64,000 nucleotides of DNA from an uncultured Alphaproteobacteria bacterium (GCA_964017835.1 CAXHMP010000002.1:275-64274); one strand, 5' to 3'; positions 1 to 8,064 are shown, counted from the first letter of the stretch. Translations and numbers: made by a program. Notes: a model not told the origin generated them from the sequence alone.

Positions 1-92
1 GTGACAAATATAGCATTTTTACATTAAATGTCAAATATTTTGATTTTAATCATAAGGTATAGTATCCTGATTAATAGTAAAAAGGTTCGAAT

Positions 93-3000
93 ATGAAATA
101 TAAACTTGGTTTGGATTTAGGCAGTACGTCTTTGGGTTGGGCGGTGGTTGAATTGAATGAAAATGATGATGTTCAGCGCCTGATCGATATGGGGGTGCGT
201 ATTTTTCCGGATGGGCGCGATGCACAGAGTCATACACCGATAAATGTTGAACGCAGATTGGCGCGCGGAATGCGACGCCGGGGCGACAGAATAAAAATAC
301 GTAAACGACGTACGTTGAATTTAATTCACAAATATGGCTTGGATTTTGATATTGCTGGGGATATAGAGAGACTGGAAAATCCCTATAAGTTGCGTGCGAT
401 TGCGGTGGAGCAGAAACTGGCGGCAGATGAATTGGGGCGCGTGTTTTTTCATTTGGCGCAGCGTCGCGGATTTAAAAGTAATCGTAAAGAAACGCGCGGT
501 TGTGTTGGTGGAAAGTTAAAAAATGCTACAGAGGCTTTGCGAAAGGTCACAGATGACAAGACGCTGGGGCAGTTCCAGAATGAATCCGGTAAATACAGAT
601 TTGCGGACCAGTTTGATGGCAATGTTATAAAAGACGGGGCTTTGTACCCCACGCGCGATATGTATTTGGATGAATTTCATAAAATATGCGATGTTCAGAA
701 CGTTTCGGATGAGATGAGGCGGGACTTTGAAGATGCCATATTTTATCAGCGGGGATTATTGCCGCCACAGATAGGGCATTGCATGTTTGAGCCAGATGAA
801 CTGCGTGCATATAAATATACGCCGGCTTTTCAAAAGTGGCGTGCGTTGCAGCAGCTTAATCAGTTGCGTATAGAAAATTCCGGCAGCCTGGAGGCGCTTA
901 GCGCGCAACAGCGTGACAAGTTAATGAATATCATGTTGGTAAGTTTTGACGGCGTGGTTCGTGAAAAAAATGGCCATGTTAAATTGACTTTTGCGACAAT
1001 TAAAAAGCTGTTGGGATTGCCGGTACGCACAACTAAATTTAATTTGGAATCGGAAAAGCGCAAGGAAATAGATGTTGATACGACTGCTTTTGCATTTGCA
1101 GAGATTGGCGAAGCGGACTTTTGGAATTCTTTGTCTAGGAATGGGCAAATGGACATTCTGGAAAAGATAAATGATGATAACTTGAACGACGATGATTTGA
1201 TTAATGACCTGATGGGCAAATACAATCTGTCACAGGAGCGTGCAGAAAAAATTATCGGTCTGCCACTGGAAGATGATGTTGGCAATGTGTCTTTGTTAGC
1301 GATTGATAAGATGTTGCCGTATTTAGAACAGGGCCTGTTGTATCATCAGGCGGCCCAAGAGGTCTATGGCGCGCATTCGGAACAAGATATTAAGTCGTTG
1401 GACAAGTTGCCTTATTATGGGGATTTAATGGCGTTGCGCTCCTCCTTGGTTGAAGATAAAAACGGCGTTTACCGCACCATGAATGCGACTGTACACATTG
1501 CAATGAATCAAATGCGTGTGGTGGTAAATGATCTTATTTCACAGTATGGCAAGCCATTTGCAATAACCATAGAAACTGGGCGCGATGTTCATGCTGGGGC
1601 AAAGGAAAGAGGGGAAATAGAGGCGCGGCAGGTAAAAAATAAAAAAGAGAATGACAGAATTGCTGCGGAATTATATTCAGCCGGGGTTTCGGTTAACCGT
1701 GAAAACATTCACAAGTATAAGCTGTGGGAGCAGTTGGGCAGCAATCCATTTGATCGCTGTTGTGTTTATACCGGAGAGGTTATCAGCAAAGAAAAACTGT
1801 TTAGCCCGCAATTTGAGATAGAACATATTTTACCTTTTTCACGCACATTGGATGATTCTTTGGCGAATAAAACAATATCTCGTGTTGATGCAAATAAATT
1901 CAAGGGAAATCGCACACCAGAGGAGGCTTTTACTGCTGCTGATTCGCCGTGGTGTTATGATGATGTTTGGGTGCGCGCCCAAAAGTTGCCGCCGGCGTCG
2001 CGGTGGCGTTTTAATCGCGGTGCCATAGATTTATTCTTGAAAAATAATGATTGTATTGCGCGTGCTTTGAACGATACCAGGCATATGACGCGGATGGCGG
2101 TGACGTATTTGAAACATGTGTGCGTGGATAAAAACAACGTAATCGGAATGCCAGGAAGGTTAACCGCAATGTTTAGGGATATGTGGCATTTGGATTGGTG
2201 GAAGGACAAGGCTGAGGCTGGCAAATATCGTGGAAATCACATACATCATGCCATTGATGCTTTTGTTGTTGCGTGCGCAGGGCGTGACAATATCCAAAGA
2301 TTAAGTAAAAATTCTAGGAATCCAGAAATCTATTCCGGCAAATCGGTCAGGGATAAACGAAAAGATTGGTTCAGCGGTATGGTTTCACCGTTTGTTGGTT
2401 TCGATTATTTTGATTTCAAGATGAAATGTGAAAATACTGTTATTTCATATCGGAAATCTATTAAAAAAACTAATTCTGGCGGTACAGTCGGATGTCTGCA
2501 TGAAGATACGGCGTATAATTTAGAGGACTTTGATAAAAACGGCTGGGCGATTATGTCGCATCGTGAAAATCTGCCTGTGACGATTGCCGACAGAAAGAAG
2601 TTCGCCAAGAATTTTAAACGTGTGAACAAAACTGTATTGCAGACCTTTATCAGTGAAACCGGGTGTGCAAATGATACGCCGGATATTGCGGAACGCTTTG
2701 TGGATTGGGCATTGGCTGCTGGTATAAAAAAGGTTCGTATGCTTAAGGGTGGAATTGATATAAGCGGCTGGGTTCCGGTGTTTCGTACACGTGCCGACCG
2801 TGATGCGTTTCATGATGCATATACGGCCTGGTATGTGGCGGATGGTATTAGTTCCGGTATCGTGGACAAGCGTGCAAAACGCGCCCAGCAGGACGAGGAA
2901 AATGCCTTGCGGGAACGTTATCAGCAGCTTGCACGTCGTGCGTATAAGTGGTATATCAGCGGAAACAATTTCTGTGCGGAAATATTTGAAGTTCGGTCTG

Positions 3001-3416
3001 ATGATAGCAGATACCCTAAAATGGCGGGCAAGTGGCAGATGGAAATAGTTTCAAACTATTCTGCGCAACTTAATGCCGGCCAACCTATGTGGCGTAAAAA
3101 ATATGCGACCGCGAAACGTGTCATGTCATTGCGTATAAATGACATGGTTATGGCCGAATTTAGTAAAGACGATTCCAAGTTGCCCAGTGGCTTGATTGAT
3201 ACTGTGAAACATCAGTGTATGCTGGAACAAAAGGATACAGTTTGGGTTGTGTTTAGGGTTAAGAAGATAAGTAGCAGCGGTTCAGTTTGTTTACGACCGC
3301 ACTTTATTGCGAAAGAGGAAGCAGATAAAAAAAGTTGGATTGCAAGTGTGTCCTCGTTACAGGAACACAAGGCGCGTAAAATAAGTGTCAGCCCGACAGG
3401 AAAAATTTTAAAATAA
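93..3416 (+). CDS. cas9: Cas9 endonuclease, type II-C-like (1107 aa)
   Basis: RuvC-I motif LGLDLGSTSLGWAVV (Asp8). Arg-rich bridge helix RLARGMRRRGDRIKIRKRR. HNH motif EIEHILPFSRTLDDSLANKTISRVDANKFKGNRTP. RuvC-III HHAIDAFVVA. Adjacent to cas1/cas2 and the array, with no csn2 or cas4 nearby. Confidence 0.95.
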   Translation: MKYKLGLDLGSTSLGWAVVELNENDDVQRLIDMGVRIFPDGRDAQSHTPINVERRLARGMRRRGDRIKIRKRRTLNLIHKYGLDFDIAGDIERLENPYKLRAIAVEQKLAADELGRVFFHLAQRRGFKSNRKETRGCVGGKLKNATEALRKVTDDKTLGQFQNESGKYRFADQFDGNVIKDGALYPTRDMYLDEFHKICDVQNVSDEMRRDFEDAIFYQRGLLPPQIGHCMFEPDELRAYKYTPAFQKWRALQQLNQLRIENSGSLEALSAQQRDKLMNIMLVSFDGVVREKNGHVKLTFATIKKLLGLPVRTTKFNLESEKRKEIDVDTTAFAFAEIGEADFWNSLSRNGQMDILEKINDDNLNDDDLINDLMGKYNLSQERAEKIIGLPLEDDVGNVSLLAIDKMLPYLEQGLLYHQAAQEVYGAHSEQDIKSLDKLPYYGDLMALRSSLVEDKNGVYRTMNATVHIAMNQMRVVVNDLISQYGKPFAITIETGRDVHAGAKERGEIEARQVKNKKENDRIAAELYSAGVSVNRENIHKYKLWEQLGSNPFDRCCVYTGEVISKEKLFSPQFEIEHILPFSRTLDDSLANKTISRVDANKFKGNRTPEEAFTAADSPWCYDDVWVRAQKLPPASRWRFNRGAIDLFLKNNDCIARALNDTRHMTRMAVTYLKHVCVDKNNVIGMPGRLTAMFRDMWHLDWWKDKAEAGKYRGNHIHHAIDAFVVACAGRDNIQRLSKNSRNPEIYSGKSVRDKRKDWFSGMVSPFVGFDYFDFKMKCENTVISYRKSIKKTNSGGTVGCLHEDTAYNLEDFDKNGWAIMSHRENLPVTIADRKKFAKNFKRVNKTVLQTFISETGCANDTPDIAERFVDWALAAGIKKVRMLKGGIDISGWVPVFRTRADRDAFHDAYTAWYVADGISSGIVDKRAKRAQQDEENALRERYQQLARRAYKWYISGNNFCAEIFEVRSDDSRYPKMAGKWQMEIVSNYSAQLNAGQPMWRKKYATAKRVMSLRINDMVMAEFSKDDSKLPSGLIDTVKHQCMLEQKDTVWVVFRVKKISSSGSVCLRPHFIAKEEADKKSWIASVSSLQEHKARKISVSPTGKILK

Positions 3417-3746
3417 CTGCAACTGATTAGGGCGGTGGGCCAGGGCGCGTGGCCCCGCCGTCTTGTCTAAATGAATAATGTCGCCAAATTGGGTGTCCGT
3501 GAAAAATAATATATTCACGTCGCCTGTACATGGGTTGTTTCTTTTTACGGCATGTATGTATTTTTGTGAATTTTCGCGGGTGCCAGTAAATCGCATGTAC
3601 ACTGAATACTGCGCCATCGAGAAGCCTATGTCCTGTAAAAAGTTTCGAAAGCGCGATGCCTCGCGGCGTTCGTGTTTGGTGTCTGTCGGTAAATCAAACA
3701 TAACCATCATCCACATGTATTTTAGCCCATCAGTCTTGAATGACAT
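3408..3746 (-). CDS. cas2: Cas2 (112 aa)
   Basis: Cas2-like N-terminus MWMMVMFDLPTDTKHERREASRFRNFLQDIGFSMAQYSVYMRF (beta1 with Asp, then helix). ATG at 3744-3746. Overlaps the cas1 3' end by 17 nt and the cas9 3' end by 9 nt (convergent). Confidence 0.85.
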   Translation of the reverse strand: MSFKTDGLKYMWMMVMFDLPTDTKHERREASRFRNFLQDIGFSMAQYSVYMRFTGTRENSQKYIHAVKRNNPCTGDVNILFFTDTQFGDIIHLDKTAGPRALAHRPNQLQLF

Positions 3747-4626
3747 TTTCGTAGTCCAGTTTGTTTTTCTTTTCTTTTAGAGAATTTACAAAGTTCCACA
3801 CGTCGCGTTGCATTATAGTTATAAGCGGTGATGTGCCGGCACGTGTTTTAATGTTTGATTCCAGTATTCCTGCCAGGCGTTTTTTGTCATCAGGCATCAG
3901 TTCACGTGCCGGGTTATCAACACCGCTGAAAATATCATACACAATGGCGTCAACTATCGGTCTGTATGGTTCCATCAGGTCGTCCACCAGGCACATTGGG
4001 TTCAACTGATTATGGTGTTGTATCCCGTATGACGGGTTAAGGCCTGCGCCTACTACAAGGCGCGCCATTGCGCCACGAATAACGGCGTAACCGTAATTTA
4101 AAAAACTGTTTATGCCCCGATGATGGTGAATCCGCAGAAAATTTGCGCCAAACAGGGCCGGAAAATACATTCTGGCTGCGATGCCCTCTGTGTTTCCTGT
4201 GTCGCCGGATTGTACGCTTGGTACCAGATTTTTTATTTTGTTATCTATTTCGTATTTGTCCAAGACCCTGGATTGATTGCGTATTTTTTCTTGGACTATG
4301 CTTTTCCACAACTGCTTTTCAAGAGGACGAGAAGTATTCACTTGGGCCTGTTGAACGACCATTTGTCTGGTATGGCCAACCAATGGAGTTAAGATTCCGA
4401 CGGGAGTATAATTTTCGTTAATGACGATAAGCGGTATCCCGTTTTCGCAGAGTGCGCTTAGCAATTTTTTTGTAAATGTAATTGCCTGGCCTGTCGCCAA
4501 AAGTGCGCAAATTGAATCAAATGGAATTTCTGCGATGGTTTCTGAGTGTTCTTTTATGCACAAAAATCCCCGCCTTGCGGAAAGTTCTTTGTTGTTACTT
4601 GAAATTTCGATAATACTCGTTTGCAT
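3730..4626 (-). CDS. cas1: Cas1 integrase, type II-like
   Basis: Cas1-like conserved blocks TEGIAARMYFPALFG, NSFLNYGYAVIRGAMARLVVGAGLNPSYGIQHHN and DDLMEPYRPIVD. I chose ATG 4626. The ORF track extends to a TTG at 4644. Confidence 0.9.
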   Translation of the reverse strand: MQTSIIEISSNNKELSARRGFLCIKEHSETIAEIPFDSICALLATGQAITFTKKLLSALCENGIPLIVINENYTPVGILTPLVGHTRQMVVQQAQVNTSRPLEKQLWKSIVQEKIRNQSRVLDKYEIDNKIKNLVPSVQSGDTGNTEGIAARMYFPALFGANFLRIHHHRGINSFLNYGYAVIRGAMARLVVGAGLNPSYGIQHHNQLNPMCLVDDLMEPYRPIVDAIVYDIFSGVDNPARELMPDDKKRLAGILESNIKTRAGTSPLITIMQRDVWNFVNSLKEKKNKLDYENVIQD

Positions 4627-4632
4627 ACGTTT

Positions 4633-4660
4633 TATATAGTACAATAAATCTGTTTGTCAA
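4633..4660 (-). promoter_or_regulatory. Putative sigma70 promoter of cas1-cas2 (TTGACA-16 nt-TATATA)
   Basis: On the - strand, TTGACA (4660-4655), a 16-nt spacer, then TATATA (4638-4633). The -10 ends 6 nt before the cas1 ATG (4626) and there is no Shine-Dalgarno, so the mRNA may be leaderless. Confidence 0.45.
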
Positions 4661-4745
4661 ATTATTTTTGGTTTAGGAAATAAAAATTGTAAAAAACGAA
4701 TCGAATTTGGTGTTGGATTGCGTAATTTTATTTTTGGCATATATT

Positions 4746-4769
4746 AGAAAAATCCCCGGAATCCGGGGA
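4746..4769 (-). terminator. Intrinsic terminator between CRISPR array and cas1 (- strand)
   Basis: Hairpin TCCCCGG-AAT-CCGGGGA (4753-4769). On the - strand it is followed by TTTTTCT (plus-strand A-run 4748-4752). Confidence 0.6.
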
Positions 4770-4783
4770 TATTAGCGGTGTGT

Positions 4784-5873
4784 ATTATATCAGATTGGAA
4801 TTAGATGTCTACCCGCAACACTTGTGCGCGTTTATTGCGTGCGGGTTTAATTATATCAGATTGGAATTAGATGTCTACCCGCAACACAATACGATAACGA
4901 AAAATACAAACGGTAATTATATCAGATTGGAATTAGATGTCTACCCGCAACCGTCATTCTATTCTCCTTTTGTTTCGATATATTATATCAGATTGGAATT
5001 AGATGTCTACCCGCAACTATAGTGTGCTTGATAAGTCGCAAATATAGATTATATCAGATTGGAATTAGATGTCTACCCGCAACAAATCTAATGAACGGGT
5101 GGTTTTCATACTTATTATATCAGATTGGAATTAGATGTCTACCCGCAACAACTTCTATCATATACATTCTCCTTTGTTTATTATATCAGATTGGAATTAG
5201 ATGTCTACCCGCAACCGCGCCGTGCATTGGTTTCATTTTAACATTATTATATCAGATTGGAATTAGATGTCTACCCGCAACGAAGATTATCAAAATATTG
5301 ATTAAACCGCAATTATATCAGATTGGAATTAGATGTCTACCCGCAACCCGGTAAGAACGGTTTAAAAACAAGCACTATTATATCAGATTGGAATTAGATG
5401 TCTACCCGCAACGAAGAAATCAAGGCGATGAACGCTTTGGGTATTATATCAGATTGGAATTAGATGTCTACCCGCAACAACTCATCGAAATCAGACTCAT
5501 CAGCATCAATTATATCAGATTGGAATTAGATGTCTACCCGCAACTGGCTAGGTTCGTCACAGTCGATTATTAACATTATATCAGATTGGAATTAGATGTC
5601 TACCCGCAACAGGCTCGTGCGCGCTATGTGCCGACGTTCCATTATATCAGATTGGAATTAGATGTCTACCCGCAACCGGATAGAATCATGAATGCAAAAT
5701 CCGTTTATTATATCAGATTGGAATTAGATGTCTACCCGCAACCAAAATGATGAGTTTTACACCGGTATTTCGATTATATCAGATTGGAATTAGATGTCTA
5801 CCCGCAACGAGACCAGGTATTCATAATTTTTCGTATGATTATATCAGATTGGAATTAGATATCCACTTGCATT
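4784..5873 (-). CRISPR. CRISPR array: 17 repeats of 36 bp (16 identical + 1 divergent terminal repeat at 5838-5873), 16 spacers of 29-30 bp
   Basis: Plus-strand repeat is ATTATATCAGATTGGAATTAGATGTCTACCCGCAAC. Repeat starts: 4784, 4850, 4916, 4982, 5048, 5114, 5180, 5246, 5312, 5377, 5443, 5509, 5575, 5641, 5707, 5773, 5838. The reverse complement, GTTGCGGGTAGACATCTAATTCCAATCTGATATAAT, starts like type II repeats, so crRNA sense is assigned to the - strand. Confidence 0.97.
5773..5781 (-). promoter_or_regulatory. Repeat-embedded extended -10 element TGATATAAT (representative copy; present in all 17 repeats)
   Basis: The first 9 nt of each plus-strand repeat (ATTATATCA) read TGATATAAT on the - strand, which matches TGnTATAAT. 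This sits at the 3' end of each repeat in crRNA sense, directly upstream of the next spacer. Confidence 0.6.
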
Positions 5874-6014
5874 GCCGCCACCCCTGATAAATTCGTTGTA
5901 AATTGCTGGAGGAGGAGGGATTGGGTTTTAGGTAACTAAATATTGGATGACCATAAAATTCAAATCGGCGCTGCCGGGTTTGGGTAAAAAAATCCCCCCA
6001 GACGGGGGAATTTC
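5838..6014 (+). ncRNA. Candidate tracrRNA (anti-repeat = divergent terminal repeat, running away from the array); hypothesis only
   Basis: 5838-5873 is ATTATATCAGATTGGAATTAGATATCCACTTGCATT. As + strand RNA it could pair with the crRNA repeat: 30 of 36 Watson-Crick pairs, 3 G-U wobbles and 3 mismatches. No other anti-repeat-like sequence was found in 1-92, 4645-4783 or 5874-6014. The hairpin at 5993-6009 is followed by ATTTCTTAGTTTT. No convincing + strand promoter was seen. Confidence 0.3.
5986..6009 (-). terminator. Intrinsic terminator downstream of the 6015-6254 gene (- strand)
   Basis: Hairpin TCCCCC-CAGAC-GGGGGA (5993-6009). On the - strand it is followed by T7 (plus-strand A-run 5986-5992). 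Confidence 0.7.
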
Positions 6015-6254
6015 TTAGTTTTCCCCGTCTTGGGGAATAAATTTGGCAAAGTCGTTAATATTTGCGCCCGTCGAAGTCAGTATTTTTGACAAACTGTGCA
6101 TGGATGGCCAACGGGGTTTGCCTTCTTTGGACCAACGCTTGCTGCGGTTAAATGTGGTTGGATCCAAACCACTGCATTTTGCCAATCCCGAACATGACAT
6201 TTTATGTTCGCTGGCAAAACTTTCTATGGCTTTCCAAATATCTTCATGCGTCAT
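6015..6254 (-). CDS. Small helix-turn-helix DNA-binding protein (79 aa), phage-repressor-N-terminal-like
   Basis: MSCSGLAKCSGLDPTTFNRSKR is a typical HTH segment. The ORF has its own terminator. Confidence 0.65.
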   Translation of the reverse strand: MTHEDIWKAIESFASEHKMSCSGLAKCSGLDPTTFNRSKRWSKEGKPRWPSMHSLSKILTSTGANINDFAKFIPQDGEN

Positions 6255-6417
6255 CTTTCTCTCCTTTATTGGATAAAATTAATCATTCAAAAACCAATTC
6301 GATCCGTGACTGAATATGCCCCCCCTGTGGTCACGTGTCCGCGATTATTCTTGTAAAAAAATACCCCGGATACGAAATCAAGGGTAAAACACCATCGTGG
6401 GAAATGGTATAGGTTAA

Positions 6418-6870
6418 TTATCCTTGGGGGATTTTCAGGTTGGGCCGCGCCGCACGCAGGTTGGCCATTGATTGACGCTGGGCGTCGGCAAAGGCGTCCG
6501 GATTCCAAATTTGAAAACTGTGACCGCGACCAACAAAGATGGCCGTATTGGTGATGTTTGCATGCCGTAACAAATCATCGGGAATGATAATTCGGCCCGT
6601 TACATCAAACGCGCATGGCCGGGCATCGGCAAACAGCATTGCCGTCAAATCGTCCAATTCGCGGTCAAAGACGCCCATCTGGTCGGTGGCGGCGGCCAAT
6701 TGTTCCATGCGGGCCATGGATAATCCTTCGATACAGTTATTGGTAAAAGACCGATATAACACCACGCCCGGGAATTTATCAGATGAAACCGAAGCCCGAA
6801 AAGATGCCGGAACGGAAATTCGCCCCTTGGTATCCAAACGATTTTCATAAGATGAGAGAAATAATGACAT
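6418..6870 (-). CDS. mraZ: Transcriptional regulator MraZ
   Basis: N-terminus FLSSYENRLDTKGRISVPASFR plus a second SpoVT/AbrB-like half with the DVTGRIIIPDDL motif. 150 aa. Confidence 0.9.
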   Translation of the reverse strand: MSLFLSSYENRLDTKGRISVPASFRASVSSDKFPGVVLYRSFTNNCIEGLSMARMEQLAAATDQMGVFDRELDDLTAMLFADARPCAFDVTGRIIIPDDLLRHANITNTAIFVGRGHSFQIWNPDAFADAQRQSMANLRAARPNLKIPQG

Positions 6871-6924
6871 TTCTTTTTTTTCGTTGGGGCGCGGCCCGAC
6901 ATCCTTTGATGGCTTCTGATGGGA

Positions 6925-6953
6925 ACATTAGCACGCGTCCCATGGGTTGTCAA
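6925..6953 (-). promoter_or_regulatory. Putative mraZ promoter TTGACA-17 nt-TAATGT with overlapping (G)ATGG(G) boxes
   Basis: On the - strand, TTGACA (6953-6948), a 17-nt spacer, then TAATGT (6930-6925), about 55 nt upstream of the mraZ start. The plus strand shows GATGGcttctGATGGG (10-nt phasing) and CCCATGGG around it, a possible MraZ operator. Confidence 0.4.
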
Positions 6954-7224
6954 TGACATTTTATAATCGTTTTATGGTATTTTATGGTATTTGCAAATAA
7001 AATTTAAATAAAACATTTTTTTGCTTGACCAGCGATTCGTTTTTGTTCTATGATTCGTGTATAGACAAGGAAAGAAACAATAAAAAGCCCGGAAATTCGG
7101 CGAAAAACCGGAAATCCGCCACAAAAACAAAGGAAAGGAAAAGATTTAACCCGGAATTTTGTAAATACAAACTCTGGCTTAGGTTTTTTTGATTTCGATT
7201 CAAAAAAAACGGGGGGAACCGCAG

Positions 7225-7560
7225 ATGCACAAAAATATCAAAGAAATTATGATTGCATTGAACAACGTTCTGACGACCACTGTTTGGGTCAACCAAGACC
7301 GCCAGATTGTATCGCTCAGTGACGAATTAAAGGTCGGTCGCGACAACGCGCCGCGTTCAATCGAAGATTTATCGCGCGCGTCGCTGATTGGGGCGTACGT
7401 GTCGCTGCAGATTCGTACGGACAATTTCGATGTCGCCGCCGAAAGCCTGGAAACCAAGGCTTTGGCTCAGCGCGTCAAAGAAATGGTCTTTGCCGAGGCG
7501 AAAAAGGTGATGGATGCGGCGGACACCAGTGACGCGTCCCATGTCGCCATGGCTGCATAA
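7225..7560 (+). CDS. Hypothetical protein (111 aa from ATG 7225)
   Basis: ORF with the GGGGGGA Shine-Dalgarno-like sequence before ATG 7225, followed by a terminator. I recognise no motif. Confidence 0.5.
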   Translation: MHKNIKEIMIALNNVLTTTVWVNQDRQIVSLSDELKVGRDNAPRSIEDLSRASLIGAYVSLQIRTDNFDVAAESLETKALAQRVKEMVFAEAKKVMDAADTSDASHVAMAA

Positions 7561-7591
7561 AGTTTCCGGATAATCCGGAAGGAAGGGAGCG

Positions 7592-7626
7592 CCGCCGACG
7601 GTTTACCGCCGGCGGTTGTTTTTTGT
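7592..7626 (+). terminator. Intrinsic terminator
   Basis: Stem CCGCCG(AC)G / C(CG)CCGGCGG with loop GTTTAC, followed by TTGTTTTTTG. Confidence 0.7.
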
Positions 7627-7709
7627 CTCAATGTGTGTAACAACGCGGGCGTGGCAGTTGTGTCATAACGGCGTGGTGTGGTAATTGCGGCATGTTGCCG
7701 GTTTTTTAT

Positions 7710-7904
7710 TTATTTCGTCAGTTCGGCGCATAGTTGATTATGGCGGTAAATATTGCGCGCCAAATCGTCACTGATGACGTCCCAATCCGTTGCATGCCCA
7801 TATATCGCGACGCATGTCATGCGCAGCGCGTCATTGGGCAATGGTGTATTTTTCGCGCAGGATGCGACGAATATCAGCGGTAGCAGTATGTAGAGTTTGG
7901 ACAT
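7710..7904 (-). CDS. Small lipoprotein (64 aa)
   Basis: Signal peptide with lipobox MSKLYILLPLIFVAS-C. Strong AGGAGA Shine-Dalgarno 7 nt upstream. The start lies inside the 3' end of the upstream ORF in another frame. Confidence 0.55.
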   Translation of the reverse strand: MSKLYILLPLIFVASCAKNTPLPNDALRMTCVAIYGHATDWDVISDDLARNIYRHNQLCAELTK

Positions 7905-8064
7905 TTATTTTCTCCTGGGCTTGGGTAATTGTTTCAATGGCGGCGACGGCATTTTTCGCGTGGGTGGCAACGCATTTTTCATGCGCCACACGTCCCCCCA
8001 GTACCCAGGCCGCCATGACCACCGCCGCGATTAAACCCGCGGCATACAGATAAAGTGTTTTCAT
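7831..8064 (-). CDS. Small N-terminally membrane-anchored protein (77 aa from ATG 8064)
   Basis: The N-terminal hydrophobic helix LYLYAAGLIAAVVMAAWVLGG is followed by a polar helical region. GGGGGA Shine-Dalgarno before ATG 8064. Overlaps the lipoprotein gene by 74 nt. Confidence 0.5.
   Translation of the reverse strand: MKTLYLYAAGLIAAVVMAAWVLGGRVAHEKCVATHAKNAVAAIETITQAQEKINVQTLHTATADIRRILREKYTIAQ

Noticed and set aside
1-92. Search for a tracrRNA anti-repeat or a clear promoter upstream of cas9
   Set aside because: The best match to the repeat (GATTTTAATCATAAG vs GATTGGAATTAGATG) is only ~10/15, and its mismatches are not wobble-compatible. TTGATT (40-45) and TATAGT (58-63) are only 12 nt apart. 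Nothing is reportable, and the relevant sequence may lie outside the window.
4780-5573. Three ORFs (80, 110 and 61 aa) with internally repetitive peptides such as YIRLELDVYPQ and LYQIGIRCLPAT
   Set aside because: They are translations of the 36-bp CRISPR repeat in different frames. The periodic peptide repeats follow the 66-bp unit, so they are not genes.
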